Positions 47,138-57,383 of a stretch of DNA of 64,000 nt are shown here, in pieces. The notes beneath the pieces were generated by a model. It did no database searches, was not told the DNA's origin, and saw nothing but the letters and a program-made list of their open reading frames with translations. Position 1 is the first letter of the stretch. The number at the start of each line of letters is the position of its first letter. The translations under genes and the position numbers were made by a program. This DNA comes from an uncultured Gammaproteobacteria bacterium (GTDB taxonomy: Bacteria > Pseudomonadota > Gammaproteobacteria > Magnimaribacterales > TMED112). The stretch spans positions 505 through 64,504 of the forward strand of contig CAZNPG010000005.1 of the NCBI GenBank assembly GCA_964575305.1, in the 5' to 3' direction.

Positions 47138-48226
47138 TCACGAATTATTTAAAGCAGCACTTACTGAATCATGTTTAACAATTCCACCTGCCATATTTAA
47201 ACCATTGGCGAGATGCTTATCTTCTAAAAGAGCTTGATCTACACCTAAATTTGCTATTTTTTCAATATAAGGCAGTGTTGCTTGATTCAGGGCAAGTGTA
47301 GCAGTTAGTGGGACTGCTCCTGGCATATTTGTAACACAATAATGCACGACATCATTTTCAATAAACACAGGGTCATCATGAGTTGTTGGTTTGCTAGTTT
47401 CAACACATCCACCCTGATCTATTGAAATGTCCACCAATACACTACCTGGCTTCATCACCTTCAGCATTTCCTTCGTTATTACTTTGGGTGCTTCTTTTCC
47501 GACCACATAAACAGAACCAATAACCAAATCAGACCTGCTAATTGCATTGGAAATACTATCAGCATTAGAAAGAATATATGAGATATTTTCAGTTCCGAAA
47601 GATTGTTGCAACTCATCTAATTTATTTTGTGATATATCGAGCACATTAACATGTGCTCCTGATCTTAAGCCTTTTTTGATAGCCTCAGTTCCTGCAACAC
47701 CAGCCCCGACAACTGAAACTTCTCTAGCACTGACATTCTCTATTGCTCCCAATAAAGTGCCAAGACCTTTGTTTGGCTTCAATAAGAAATATTGGCCAAC
47801 AACAAGACTAATCTGTCCTGCAATTTTGCTCATTGGTGACAGAAGCGGCAAAGAACCATCATCAGCTGTAACAGTTTCATAAGCAATGCCAGTAACTCCT
47901 GTTGAGATTAAGTCTTTTGCATTTTCTTTATTACCAGCGAGATGAAGGTAGGTGAAAAGTATATTTTTAGATGATAAAAATTTATTTTCTTCTGGTAGTG
48001 GTTCTTTTACTTTAACAATGAGCTCTGATCCATCATAAATATCAGATGCTGTATCAAGAATTTCAGCTCCGCTTTCAATATATGCTTGGTTTGAGAAACC
48101 TATGGCAATGCCTGCATCTTTTTCTACGAAAACTTTATTGTTTTTAGACAAAACACTAACCGATTTTGGAGTTAAACCAACCCTGCATTCATTGTTTTTA
48201 ATTTCTTTAGGTACGCCTATTATCAT
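47138..48226 (-). CDS. ald: Alanine dehydrogenase
   Basis: MIIGVPKEIKNNECRVGLTP, the Rossmann motif VVGAGVAGTEA, and DISIDQGGC.ETS.PTTH. Confidence 0.95.
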   Translation of the reverse strand: MIIGVPKEIKNNECRVGLTPKSVSVLSKNNKVFVEKDAGIAIGFSNQAYIESGAEILDTASDIYDGSELIVKVKEPLPEENKFLSSKNILFTYLHLAGNKENAKDLISTGVTGIAYETVTADDGSLPLLSPMSKIAGQISLVVGQYFLLKPNKGLGTLLGAIENVSAREVSVVGAGVAGTEAIKKGLRSGAHVNVLDISQNKLDELQQSFGTENISYILSNADSISNAISRSDLVIGSVYVVGKEAPKVITKEMLKVMKPGSVLVDISIDQGGCVETSKPTTHDDPVFIENDVVHYCVTNMPGAVPLTATLALNQATLPYIEKIANLGVDQALLEDKHLANGLNMAGGIVKHDSVSAALNNS

Positions 48227-48259
48227 GCTTGCTAATTATAGGTTGAAAAATGTTTTTGT

Positions 48260-49618
48260 TCATAAAGATTTCTGAACTTCGGTTAATGAGGCTTCAAGAA
48301 TATTAAACATTTCATCTATTTGTTCTTCAGAAATTATTAGAGGAGGGCAAACCGCTATGACATCACCAATTGCTCTTACAATTAAGCCATTTTTTTGACA
48401 TGTCTCGGCTATCTGTTTGCCAACTCTTCCATAAGGGTCAAAATTTTCTTTTGTTTCTTTGTTTTTTACTATCTCAAGGGCAGCTATTAATCCTATGCCT
48501 CTTGCCTCTCCAACCAATTCAAATGAACCAAGCTTTTTTACTCTTTCTTGAAATCTAGGAGTTACTTGCACCACATGACTGAAAAGATCTAATTCTTCAT
48601 ATATCTCTAAAGTTTTAAGAGCTACTGCACAAGCAACTGGATGGCCCGAATAAGTATAACCATGACCAAAAACCCCAACATCATTGCTTGCTTTTTTAAT
48701 TGGCTCAAAAATTTCGTCAGGAACTATTACTGCGCTTATTGGAATGTAGCCAGATGACAGAGCTTTTGCAATTGTTATAGATGAAGGTTTCATTGAGAAC
48801 GTCTCATAACCCCAACAATTTCCTGTTCTACCAAAACCACAGACAACCTCATCATCGATTAGAGGAATATCATATTTATCTAAAACATTCTGAATAGAAG
48901 GAAAATAGTTTTTAGGCGGGATTAAGACACCACCTGCTCCGATCAGAGGTTCAGCAATCATAGCCATGAAGGAATCACTGCCTTCTTTGTTTATAAGTTC
49001 TTCAAGATTATTAGTTATCCTTATTACAAAATCTTCTTCTGTTTCATTTGGCAATTTCTCGCGATAAAAGTGTGGGGTATCAGTATGAAAGAAATTAGGC
49101 AAAGGCAGATCAAACAACTTATGATTTGCAGGAATGCCTGTCATGCTGCCACTGGCAACAGTAATGCCATGATAGCCTTTTTTTCTTGCCAAAAACTTCT
49201 TTTTCTTGGGTTTGCCAAGCGCATTATTTAGATATGTAAAAAGCTTGTATTGCGTGTCATTAGCATCTGAACCTGAGTTTCCAAAAAATACCTTACCATC
49301 TTGGTAGGGGGACATTTCAATAAGCTTTTCAGATAACATAATAGCTGGCTCATGGCTTTTTGATGCAAACAAAGACCCATAACCAAACTTTTGCATTTGA
49401 TTTGCAGCAGTTTCAACTAAACTTTCATTACCAAAGCCCAAAGCATTGCACCATAATCCTGCTAAGCCTTCTATATACTTATTTCCCTGAATATCATAAA
49501 CATATATGCCTTCACCTTTGTTCAGTATTAATGGTTCTGAGTCCTCATGAACTACAAGATTTGTTGCTGGATGAAATAAATTTTCTATATCCTTAATCGC
49601 TAAATTATCAGTCTTCAT
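48260..49618 (-). CDS. Class III (omega-amine:pyruvate type) aminotransferase
   Basis: GLWCNALGFGN, FGNSGSDANDT, DEVVCGFGRTG and TIAKALSSGY (PLP Lys); 452 aa. Confidence 0.9.
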   Translation of the reverse strand: MKTDNLAIKDIENLFHPATNLVVHEDSEPLILNKGEGIYVYDIQGNKYIEGLAGLWCNALGFGNESLVETAANQMQKFGYGSLFASKSHEPAIMLSEKLIEMSPYQDGKVFFGNSGSDANDTQYKLFTYLNNALGKPKKKKFLARKKGYHGITVASGSMTGIPANHKLFDLPLPNFFHTDTPHFYREKLPNETEEDFVIRITNNLEELINKEGSDSFMAMIAEPLIGAGGVLIPPKNYFPSIQNVLDKYDIPLIDDEVVCGFGRTGNCWGYETFSMKPSSITIAKALSSGYIPISAVIVPDEIFEPIKKASNDVGVFGHGYTYSGHPVACAVALKTLEIYEELDLFSHVVQVTPRFQERVKKLGSFELVGEARGIGLIAALEIVKNKETKENFDPYGRVGKQIAETCQKNGLIVRAIGDVIAVCPPLIISEEQIDEMFNILEASLTEVQKSL

Positions 49619-50456
49619 TTTTATTTTTTATCTCAACTAAAGGCCCTAATGAATCAAGAAATTTTTGGTTTTTCTTGTTATACATTTTATTAAAATCTTT
49701 ATGATCTCGAAAGCTTTTTAAGGGTTGGCCCAAACCATAAATGCCGTGTTTTCTAGATTCTCGAACATGGTTAAGGTCAAGCTCTACAATAAACCGATCT
49801 TCACCATCATCAGATTTATGCATAATCTCTCCATCTGGATTGCACACAATAGACTTTCCACAAGCTTGTTCTCCAGCACCATTAATATCAACATAAAAAA
49901 GCTGTTGTTGCGCAGCTGTTGCTTGCACCATAACTTGTTCTATATCACGATCTTTTGTCGGTGTCAGAGTTGGGTTAATGATTATTTCTGCGCCATTTAA
50001 GGCTAAAGCTCTACTAGTTTCTGGAAACCATAAGTCGTAACAAATGTGTACACCAACTTTTGTTGTTTTATCAATACTAAAAACACAAATATCGTCGCTC
50101 GAAGCAACTCCTTTTTCATAAGGAAGCCATGGAAAGTTTTTTCTACATTTTTGAACAATGGCTCCATCAGGATTAAAAACAGGTGCAACATTAAAAACTT
50201 GATCTTTTATCTGCTCATAGAATGTACCAGGCACAAGCCAGGTATCTAGTTCTTTTGCTATGGCAGAGAATTTATCTTGGTAGTTATCTAAATAGTATTT
50301 TTTATTGCTTGCCCCTGGGCCCCCAACACACAATTCACTTAATACAATTATGTCGCAGTTATCCTTTTTAAAACTTTGAATTTTTTCTTTCACTAACTCA
50401 AAGTTGTCAGACTTCATTAGTTGAAGTTGGAGACAACCAATTTTAACCTTTGTCAT
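49608..50456 (-). CDS. Carbon-nitrogen hydrolase (nitrilase-superfamily amidase)
   Basis: E-K-C triad contexts VLSEL, RKNFPW and VHICYDLWFPE. Confidence 0.85.
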   Translation of the reverse strand: MTKVKIGCLQLQLMKSDNFELVKEKIQSFKKDNCDIIVLSELCVGGPGASNKKYYLDNYQDKFSAIAKELDTWLVPGTFYEQIKDQVFNVAPVFNPDGAIVQKCRKNFPWLPYEKGVASSDDICVFSIDKTTKVGVHICYDLWFPETSRALALNGAEIIINPTLTPTKDRDIEQVMVQATAAQQQLFYVDINGAGEQACGKSIVCNPDGEIMHKSDDGEDRFIVELDLNHVRESRKHGIYGLGQPLKSFRDHKDFNKMYNKKNQKFLDSLGPLVEIKNKNED

Positions 50457-51616
50457 TAAGAAGCTTCCTTTTGGCCAGCACTAGAGTAAGTTATTAGTAC
50501 AGTTGCTCCTATCAAAGCAATAGTTGCAATATTCAAGATCATTTCAAAACCATAATTTAAAATAAACATTGAGCCGACTAATGGGCCAGTGGCTAAACCT
50601 ACTTTTGAAACAAAGCCTGCTAAAGCTGCCATTTGTCCATGGCTATCAAACGATGCACAAAGACCTAATATATATGGGATGACAAATGCCCAAGCAATTC
50701 CGGTAACAGTATTTGCGATGAAGTAGACGGTGATGTTCTCTGAATAATGCAATAAAAAAGTGAAAATAGCGGAAATAGTTACACCCACTAATAAAGGTAT
50801 TGTTCTGCCGTATTTGGTACCAATGACATAAACAAGCAAGCCACCAGAAATAGAAATTATATTCGCAACTGTGAGTAGATTGCTGATTTCTGTGTTTACC
50901 AGACCAATATCTTTTCCCAATTCAAAGGCATAATCAGCCACACCCATATTTGATGCTTGAAATAAGAATAATGCACCTAATGCAAGCACTAAGAGAAAGC
51001 TGAAATTTATTTTAAATGGATTGTTTGTGCTTTTAGCTTCTCTAACATTTGGTATAAAAGGCAATATTAATAATGTCATTAAACTAAACAACATGAGCAC
51101 TCCGAATACTGCCATATGTCCAAAACTTTCAACCAATCTTGGTACTGTCCAAATCCCCAAGCTACCAAAACTGTACTGGACTACCAGCAACATACCAAAG
51201 ATCTTATCGGGATTAAGTGTTCTAGCTATTACCGACAAACCGATGCCTACTGAAATGCCACCAATGGTGCCATGAAGAAAACGAATGGCAATTAGATTAT
51301 CAGCAGAAGTTATTTGTGAAGAAATAACGTCGACCAACATCATCAATACAAGAAGAATTCCTGCTGCCTTTCTCCAGGGAATGTTTTTAACTAAGAAGGT
51401 TGCTATAAGCGCGCCGGCTGCAGCACCATATTTATTTGCACTTACAATTAGGCCCGCTTCATCCCTACCAACACCTAGACCATCTACAAATGCCGACAAG
51501 AAAGCGCCACCTAGGTTTACATAAAACAATCCAGCTGTAGCTAAAATTGCATACATAATTGCTGCTAGGGTGCTATCTTGATGAATGCTTGCTCTCATGT
51601 CTAAATTATTTAACAA
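50456..51616 (-). CDS. MFS transporter
   Basis: 386 aa with about 12 TM segments in two halves. It has 1-nt and 7-nt overlaps with its neighbours. Confidence 0.8.
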   Translation of the reverse strand: MLNNLDMRASIHQDSTLAAIMYAILATAGLFYVNLGGAFLSAFVDGLGVGRDEAGLIVSANKYGAAAGALIATFLVKNIPWRKAAGILLVLMMLVDVISSQITSADNLIAIRFLHGTIGGISVGIGLSVIARTLNPDKIFGMLLVVQYSFGSLGIWTVPRLVESFGHMAVFGVLMLFSLMTLLILPFIPNVREAKSTNNPFKINFSFLLVLALGALFLFQASNMGVADYAFELGKDIGLVNTEISNLLTVANIISISGGLLVYVIGTKYGRTIPLLVGVTISAIFTFLLHYSENITVYFIANTVTGIAWAFVIPYILGLCASFDSHGQMAALAGFVSKVGLATGPLVGSMFILNYGFEMILNIATIALIGATVLITYSSAGQKEAS

Positions 51617-53265
51617 AATGATCTAACTTGGTTGGCTGCAAACACCGCAGAGTCCCAAGAAAATGTGTAACCATCACTAAAGTAATAATACGTCATATTA
51701 TTTGGAAGAAAAGCCACAGTAATGCCACCAAAACCAGACATGAATGGTACCCATGTTTCTGTCTTGCAACCAAATGTGCCTTTTTCGTACTTTCTTAACC
51801 AAAAACCATTGTTATAAAAAATATTTGCGCCAGGTATTGCGACTAAAGTATCTTTTTTTTGAAGCAAAGCTTGTTTCAAAAATTGAAAGTTTTCAGTCTT
51901 GTCCTTCATTTGTGCATGTATGAACTTAGATAATTGCATTAAATCGTCTTGTAATAAGTACATACCCCATCCTGTATAAGGTTGTTTAACATCTCCTTCT
52001 GTTTTAAGTGTAAAACTTGGTGCATAGCTCAGTTTTAAATCGTTAAAAAAAGGTATCAAAAGATCTGAGTAGTAATCATCTATCTCTGTGTTTTTTTCTA
52101 AAAAACTATTTAGAGCTTTCCCCAAAATATAAGTATCAGATGTATGGTAAACAAATCTTGTGCCTGGTTTAGATTTTCTTGGATAGGCATTGCATGCTAA
52201 TTCAGTTTTTTTCGCGTCTGTAGGCGCATCGAATATAAAGCTTAATTGCTTTAAACCAGCTTCATCGATGTCAAAAAGCCTGCTGGAAAAATTTCCTGTA
52301 GCCATGTCTGAAAGGTCTTCAACTGTGACATCCCTCCATTTTTTCCCCTTACATTCTTTAACTAAACCTTCAACTGTTATATCTGAGATCTTGTCATACT
52401 CATTCTCAATTAATGCAATGCCAAAAGTGCCTGCTAAAGATTTTGCCAATGAATAGCTAGGCAGAAGCATCTGGTCACAAAGCGGATAAATGCCCTCGCG
52501 CGTTTCACAGGTGCTTGTGTAGTGGATATCATCATCAATAAGGCCAAATAAAGTTACATTTTCTGGTGCAAAACTTTTGCCATCGGCAAAAACTTTAGAT
52601 TTGATTTTGCTTTTTTTATAAAGGGTTTCAATAGGTTCTCTTTCAACTTCATTTAAAAGCGAGTCATCAAAAACCTGTTCAGTTTTATTTGCTTGTTGAA
52701 GTTTTGTTTCATAAAGAGCTATGTAATCAAATTTATAGTAAGCACAAGTTTCACTGGATATCTGAAAGATGGCATTGGATATGTTTTTACCGTCAAAAAC
52801 TGCCAGCATAATACCGTTATGAACGCAGTTTGCATTTTTATGCAGAAATGAAAAGGGCATTGTAATTAAAGAGCTATTAGATTGTTTAATTTTTTTATTT
52901 GTGCCAAAACCTAAATGAAAATTAAAATATGGGTGCTCAGTTGCAAGGTTAATTTTTATTTCTGGAGTAACGACACCATCAACTGACACTACATTAATAA
53001 AACTTATTGGAAATTGAGTGAAGTTGCTCTCCAGGTGAAGGTCGATTTCATCCCTCAAGGGAGTGACTCCGAGACCTTTAGGTGAGTTAGAAATTATTAA
53101 TTGGCCAGAAAAGTCTTTTCCATTTTCTTGAGATGTGTATGTGGGTAATTTGTTAAAATTAATACTCGAAGAGAGTCTTTTTTTACCCTCAAGCACCTCA
53201 ATTAAGCCCTCACTATGTATGTGCATCGAAATGCACACACATAGAAAGAGCAGTAATCTCGTCAA
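51610..53265 (-). CDS. Secreted serine hydrolase with a beta-lactamase/PBP fold C-domain and an unrecognised N-domain
   Basis: Signal peptide. An SxxK candidate SYSLAKS, then YHTSDT, then SGFGG, in the order expected for a PF00144-type fold. The first ~250 aa match nothing I recognise. Confidence 0.5.
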   Translation of the reverse strand: MTRLLLFLCVCISMHIHSEGLIEVLEGKKRLSSSINFNKLPTYTSQENGKDFSGQLIISNSPKGLGVTPLRDEIDLHLESNFTQFPISFINVVSVDGVVTPEIKINLATEHPYFNFHLGFGTNKKIKQSNSSLITMPFSFLHKNANCVHNGIMLAVFDGKNISNAIFQISSETCAYYKFDYIALYETKLQQANKTEQVFDDSLLNEVEREPIETLYKKSKIKSKVFADGKSFAPENVTLFGLIDDDIHYTSTCETREGIYPLCDQMLLPSYSLAKSLAGTFGIALIENEYDKISDITVEGLVKECKGKKWRDVTVEDLSDMATGNFSSRLFDIDEAGLKQLSFIFDAPTDAKKTELACNAYPRKSKPGTRFVYHTSDTYILGKALNSFLEKNTEIDDYYSDLLIPFFNDLKLSYAPSFTLKTEGDVKQPYTGWGMYLLQDDLMQLSKFIHAQMKDKTENFQFLKQALLQKKDTLVAIPGANIFYNNGFWLRKYEKGTFGCKTETWVPFMSGFGGITVAFLPNNMTYYYFSDGYTFSWDSAVFAANQVRSFC

Positions 53266-53270
53266 GCTTC

Positions 53271-55781
53271 TTAGAAGCCTCTGCTTATAGAGAAACCAAT
53301 AGTTCTTGGTAGAGCATAAAACTCTCTGCTGTTACTACCATAAAAGCCCTGACTTGGTTGAGGCCCAAAAGCTTCATTCAAGAATGCTCCTGTTGTGCCT
53401 CGCTCATTAGTCACATTCTTCATAAAAAATGACACATACATATCATCATTAAAGATGGTTGAGGACGCATTAATAATATTAAATCCATCAAACTCTGCAT
53501 CATATAAAGAATTATCTCCAATATAGTTTCTTGATGAAGATTGAGCGTACATATCTACTCTATTAACCACACCCATGCCTGAAAAGAAATCATCAGTCTT
53601 ACCAAAGTAAGATGTATGAGCTAGATTTAGATTGAATGTATTCTGTGGACTTCCTGGTAATTTTGCTCCTGATTTAGCATATAAAACAGGCACGTCAGCA
53701 GGAGTATATAAATCAGATGATAGTCTTGCATTGTTGTACGCATACCCCACACTCCAGTCAATTGCTCCAACTGTTCCAGAAAACTCGACATCAAGACCGT
53801 TAGTTTCTGCACTCTCACCATTGATAACAGCATAGTAACCATTCACAGGTGTTGAGGTGTTAAGTTGTGGGTTATCCCAATCAATTAAGTAATAACTTAC
53901 GTTGTAGTAAGTTCCATCAGCCAAGGCTCCTTTAATACCAAGCTCAAAGTTTTTTACTGTATCTGATCCAAATGCCACCCAACCTGCATCTTCAGCTAAA
54001 GGACCATCTGTTGGCACTGCATTTACTCCACCTCTTCTATATCCTTCTGAGGAAGTAACATAAAAGTGCTGATTTTTACCCGTTGGTCTGTATGAAATAT
54101 TTACTTTATTCAAAGTACCTTTATCGGTATTAAAGTCAGTATCAGAAACAGGGAAGACATCGTAAAGCTTGAAACCACTATTCATGGCTGCTGAAGCTTC
54201 AACGTTATAATTTCTTACTCCAAGTGTGATATCTACTTCATCTGTAAAGTAATAGGTAAGCTCGCCATAGGTTGCTTCATTAGAAATAATTTCATTTACG
54301 TTGTAATCAAAATCCTGTTCATTTGGATCAACAATATAGTCAACGCCCCAGTAATAATAATTCCAAAGGTTTGAGCCTTTTACAAAAGTTTGTTGAGCTC
54401 GGCTTTGGTCTTCATTTTTTTGGAAAATACCAATGACATAATCGAACTTATCAAAATAACCAACATCTGTTATTAGTTTCAACTCAACTGCTTCAGCGCT
54501 ATTTTCATATTGTCTTTCAGTTGGTGCGTATGGTCTTGGAGGTATGCCATAAATACCACCTACCGCAAAAACGTCACTGAAATAGCCATATGCTGGAGAG
54601 GTAAATGTGCCTGTTCCTGCAAAGAAACCAGTGTTATCTGTCACACTTTCACCAGATCTATCATATTGTGATGCGGTTATTTCTAAATCATGAAATGGGA
54701 AATCATATGTTAGCTCAACAGATCCCATTGAGACTTCTCTAGCGGAGGGCTCTAACATCAAAGCGCCATTTTCATATTTTCCGTAGACGGATTCATCGTA
54801 ACAATTTGCTGCTAATAGAGATGTACAATTTGAATTTAAAACATATTTTGTACCTGTTGATGATTGTCTTCTGCCACCTATATCATCTTCTTGATTAATA
54901 GCCATAAACATAACGTCCATCTTGTCATTAACATCAATATAAAATTTATGTCTCATGAACTCGACACCCACGGTATCAGCATCGTTTGCTCTTCCGACAA
55001 CAGGAGGTGCAGTAAAAAACCCAGGAAAACTATAATCTCCTATTACTGGAATACCTAAATTAGCACCGGCACCGCCAATATCTGGTACATCGGTTGTTTC
55101 ATAAATATTTACATAATCAGTAATGCCTGGATAATCTAGATGAGAAAGGACTAATCTATAAGCCATTCTGTCACCTACAGGGAAGTTATAAGTAACATCA
55201 ACTGCATTACCTATACCATCTGAACCGTCAACACTAGAAGCAGTGTAGGTTACTCCACCATCAGATAAACCTAATACCGGATCATTTGTAATGTATCTTA
55301 TTGTTCCACCCAGTGCTCCAGACCCATAAAGAGTTCCTTGTGGTCCTCTTAGCACCTCAACTCTATCTAGGTCTCTTAGTAAAAAATTGGCAAAAACTGG
55401 TGTCTTATCAACATAAGTTGAAACAGATGCAGCTGCACTTACTGGATAATCTTGTAATAACGAAGAGTCTACATTAAGACCCCTAATCCTGACATTGCTT
55501 GTAGTGCCAGCATTTCTATAACCTCTATCTATGGTTGAAATGCCTGCAAAATTTCTTAATAACTCGCCTTCGTCAAGAATAGTTCTGCCATTAATTTCAT
55601 CACCAGATAAGGTTGATATATTGTATGGAACCTCAAGAATAGTGGTTTCTCTAGAAGTAGCGGTAACTATTTCTTCAATATATTCTATATCCGCTTCAGC
55701 ATCTTCAGACTCTTGCGCAGCCAAGCCAAAACTTATGCTCGACGCAAGCAATAGTAGTAAATATTTTGTTAAATTTTTCAT
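53271..55781 (-). CDS. TonB-dependent outer-membrane receptor
   Basis: Signal peptide, the plug (EEIVTATSRETTILEVPYNISTLSG..VEVLRGPQGTLYGSGALGGTIRY), an 836-aa barrel, and a C-terminal ..GFSISRGF. Confidence 0.9.
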   Translation of the reverse strand: MKNLTKYLLLLLASSISFGLAAQESEDAEADIEYIEEIVTATSRETTILEVPYNISTLSGDEINGRTILDEGELLRNFAGISTIDRGYRNAGTTSNVRIRGLNVDSSLLQDYPVSAAASVSTYVDKTPVFANFLLRDLDRVEVLRGPQGTLYGSGALGGTIRYITNDPVLGLSDGGVTYTASSVDGSDGIGNAVDVTYNFPVGDRMAYRLVLSHLDYPGITDYVNIYETTDVPDIGGAGANLGIPVIGDYSFPGFFTAPPVVGRANDADTVGVEFMRHKFYIDVNDKMDVMFMAINQEDDIGGRRQSSTGTKYVLNSNCTSLLAANCYDESVYGKYENGALMLEPSAREVSMGSVELTYDFPFHDLEITASQYDRSGESVTDNTGFFAGTGTFTSPAYGYFSDVFAVGGIYGIPPRPYAPTERQYENSAEAVELKLITDVGYFDKFDYVIGIFQKNEDQSRAQQTFVKGSNLWNYYYWGVDYIVDPNEQDFDYNVNEIISNEATYGELTYYFTDEVDITLGVRNYNVEASAAMNSGFKLYDVFPVSDTDFNTDKGTLNKVNISYRPTGKNQHFYVTSSEGYRRGGVNAVPTDGPLAEDAGWVAFGSDTVKNFELGIKGALADGTYYNVSYYLIDWDNPQLNTSTPVNGYYAVINGESAETNGLDVEFSGTVGAIDWSVGYAYNNARLSSDLYTPADVPVLYAKSGAKLPGSPQNTFNLNLAHTSYFGKTDDFFSGMGVVNRVDMYAQSSSRNYIGDNSLYDAEFDGFNIINASSTIFNDDMYVSFFMKNVTNERGTTGAFLNEAFGPQPSQGFYGSNSREFYALPRTIGFSISRGF

Positions 55782-55918
55782 AACACCCTCTCCCTTATAC
55801 GCCTAAACTAACCTATATTGCAGCAAAAAGAAAATTTTTTGTGTCTTATTTATTTACATATAATTCAACTATAAGTTAGTATTAAATGTGTTCTAATTAG
55901 ACACATTATTTAACCATT

Positions 55919-56206
55919 ATGTTTTGGTACAAATATTTAAAATTTTTGCTGCGTTTTAGAAAAAAATCTGAGGTATCAAGTATTTCAGATGTTCTTGGCA
56001 AAAGCCTTATAAACAATGATGTTGCAAAAAACCTTTCTCAGGTCTACAAGGACTATTCTTATAGAGTAGAAATTAAAGAAATTAATGGTATATCAGTAGT
56101 TTGTGCCAGAGTTCGGTGTGGTGAAGCCCAAAACGAAACATCAGTAAAACACTGGTATGCTTATCAAGAGAGGTCTGGATCAGTAGCTTCTTGGTGCTTA
56201 GATTAA
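55919..56206 (+). CDS. Hypothetical protein
   Basis: 95-aa ORF with no recognised motifs; its 3' end overlaps the convergent gene. Confidence 0.3.
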   Translation: MFWYKYLKFLLRFRKKSEVSSISDVLGKSLINNDVAKNLSQVYKDYSYRVEIKEINGISVVCARVRCGEAQNETSVKHWYAYQERSGSVASWCLD

Positions 56207-56592
56207 TAGAATCTAGGTTTTTCTATATAATCCTCGTCTTTAAAATCTCGATCTTTTGTGCTTTTTAATCTTTTGATGGCTTGGGCGGAGAAGAATTTTC
56301 GCTCAAATCCTTTAAGTTCCATACAGTTTTTAAAGTATCTGCGTCTTTCATTCTGGCCTGCTTCCCAGCCAGCCTCATCTACAACTCTTGAAGGCACATA
56401 CACTGTTAGCATTTCATTTTCACAAGTTAAAGATGCGCTTCTTAGTCTTGATGCAAAGTCTTCTTCAGATAAACTTTTCAACCTATCGGTTATTGGCACA
56501 TATCGGTATTCGCCTTCTTCTTCTGATTGTTGCAGGGTTGAGCAACTAAACAATACAAAGACAATTGATAGTTGTAATAAAATTTTTAACAT
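56203..56592 (-). CDS. Hypothetical lipoprotein
   Basis: Lipobox VLFSC after a signal peptide. It starts 1 nt after the upstream MAPEG gene's stop. Confidence 0.45.
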   Translation of the reverse strand: MLKILLQLSIVFVLFSCSTLQQSEEEGEYRYVPITDRLKSLSEEDFASRLRSASLTCENEMLTVYVPSRVVDEAGWEAGQNERRRYFKNCMELKGFERKFFSAQAIKRLKSTKDRDFKDEDYIEKPRFY

Positions 56593-56593
56593 T

Positions 56594-56959
56594 TTAAACC
56601 AGGGCTAAAGCCATCATTACCATACAAATAATTGAGCCAATAAATGCAATTGTTCTAATGAACGGAATAGCCATTAAGTAGGTAATGCCATGAATTGTGC
56701 GCAATATTAACCACCAGCAAGCATACGTAGAAAGATCAACATCGAGATACATGGCTGCTAAAACCAAGGCTAAGAATGCAGCTAAACTTTCATGCAAATT
56801 AGCAGAAGCTCTATAGGCCCTTTTTAAAAGAACTGATTGGGTTGGTGTGCTATCTCTGGCTGTTAACATCCATGAGAAATTTTTAATATTTATTGTCATA
56901 GGTATTAACCATGACTGAAATAGTGTTAAAAGAAGAGCAAGTACTATGTAAATTTCCAT
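56594..56959 (-). CDS. MAPEG-family membrane protein
   Basis: 121 aa with 3-4 TM segments and RAYRASANLHESLAAF (the R..N..E motif). Confidence 0.6.
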   Translation of the reverse strand: MEIYIVLALLLTLFQSWLIPMTINIKNFSWMLTARDSTPTQSVLLKRAYRASANLHESLAAFLALVLAAMYLDVDLSTYACWWLILRTIHGITYLMAIPFIRTIAFIGSIICMVMMALALV

Positions 56960-57011
56960 AATTTTTTGTGTTTAAACACTAGATTAGCAAGAGCAACTTT
57001 TAAATTCAATT

Positions 57012-57377
57012 TTAGATCCACTCATCGTTGGGTGCGGTTAGTTTATCTAATGCATCGCCAGTATTGCGGATATTTTTAGGTTCAACAATCATAATTTTTG
57101 CTTCTTCTTCTGCAAAAGGCCTATGTTTAAGCCCTTTAGGCACAACTATCATCTCACCTTCCTGCAATGTTGTTGTCTTATCCTCAAACTCAATGCTCAT
57201 AGTACCTTCTATAACAATGAAGGCCTCATCTGTTTCTTCATGATGATGCCAAATAAAGTCGTTTTTAATTTTGACTAGCTTAAATTCATAGTCATTGAGC
57301 AGAGCTATTACTTTAGGCTCCCAATGCTCACTAAATTTAGAAAATTTTTCTTTAAAATTAATTTTTTTATGGCTCAT
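57012..57377 (-). CDS. Cupin-domain protein
   Basis: HHHEETDEAFIVIEG....F......L.EGEMIVVPKG..H.P, a two-motif cupin signature. Confidence 0.75.
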   Translation of the reverse strand: MSHKKINFKEKFSKFSEHWEPKVIALLNDYEFKLVKIKNDFIWHHHEETDEAFIVIEGTMSIEFEDKTTTLQEGEMIVVPKGLKHRPFAEEEAKIMIVEPKNIRNTGDALDKLTAPNDEWI

Positions 57378-57383
57378 ACTTTA

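Noticed and set aside
56979-56990. Perfect 12-bp palindrome GTGTTTAAACAC between the cupin and MAPEG genes
   Set aside because: It is too short and has no loop for a terminator. As an isolated single copy it gives no basis for assigning a function.
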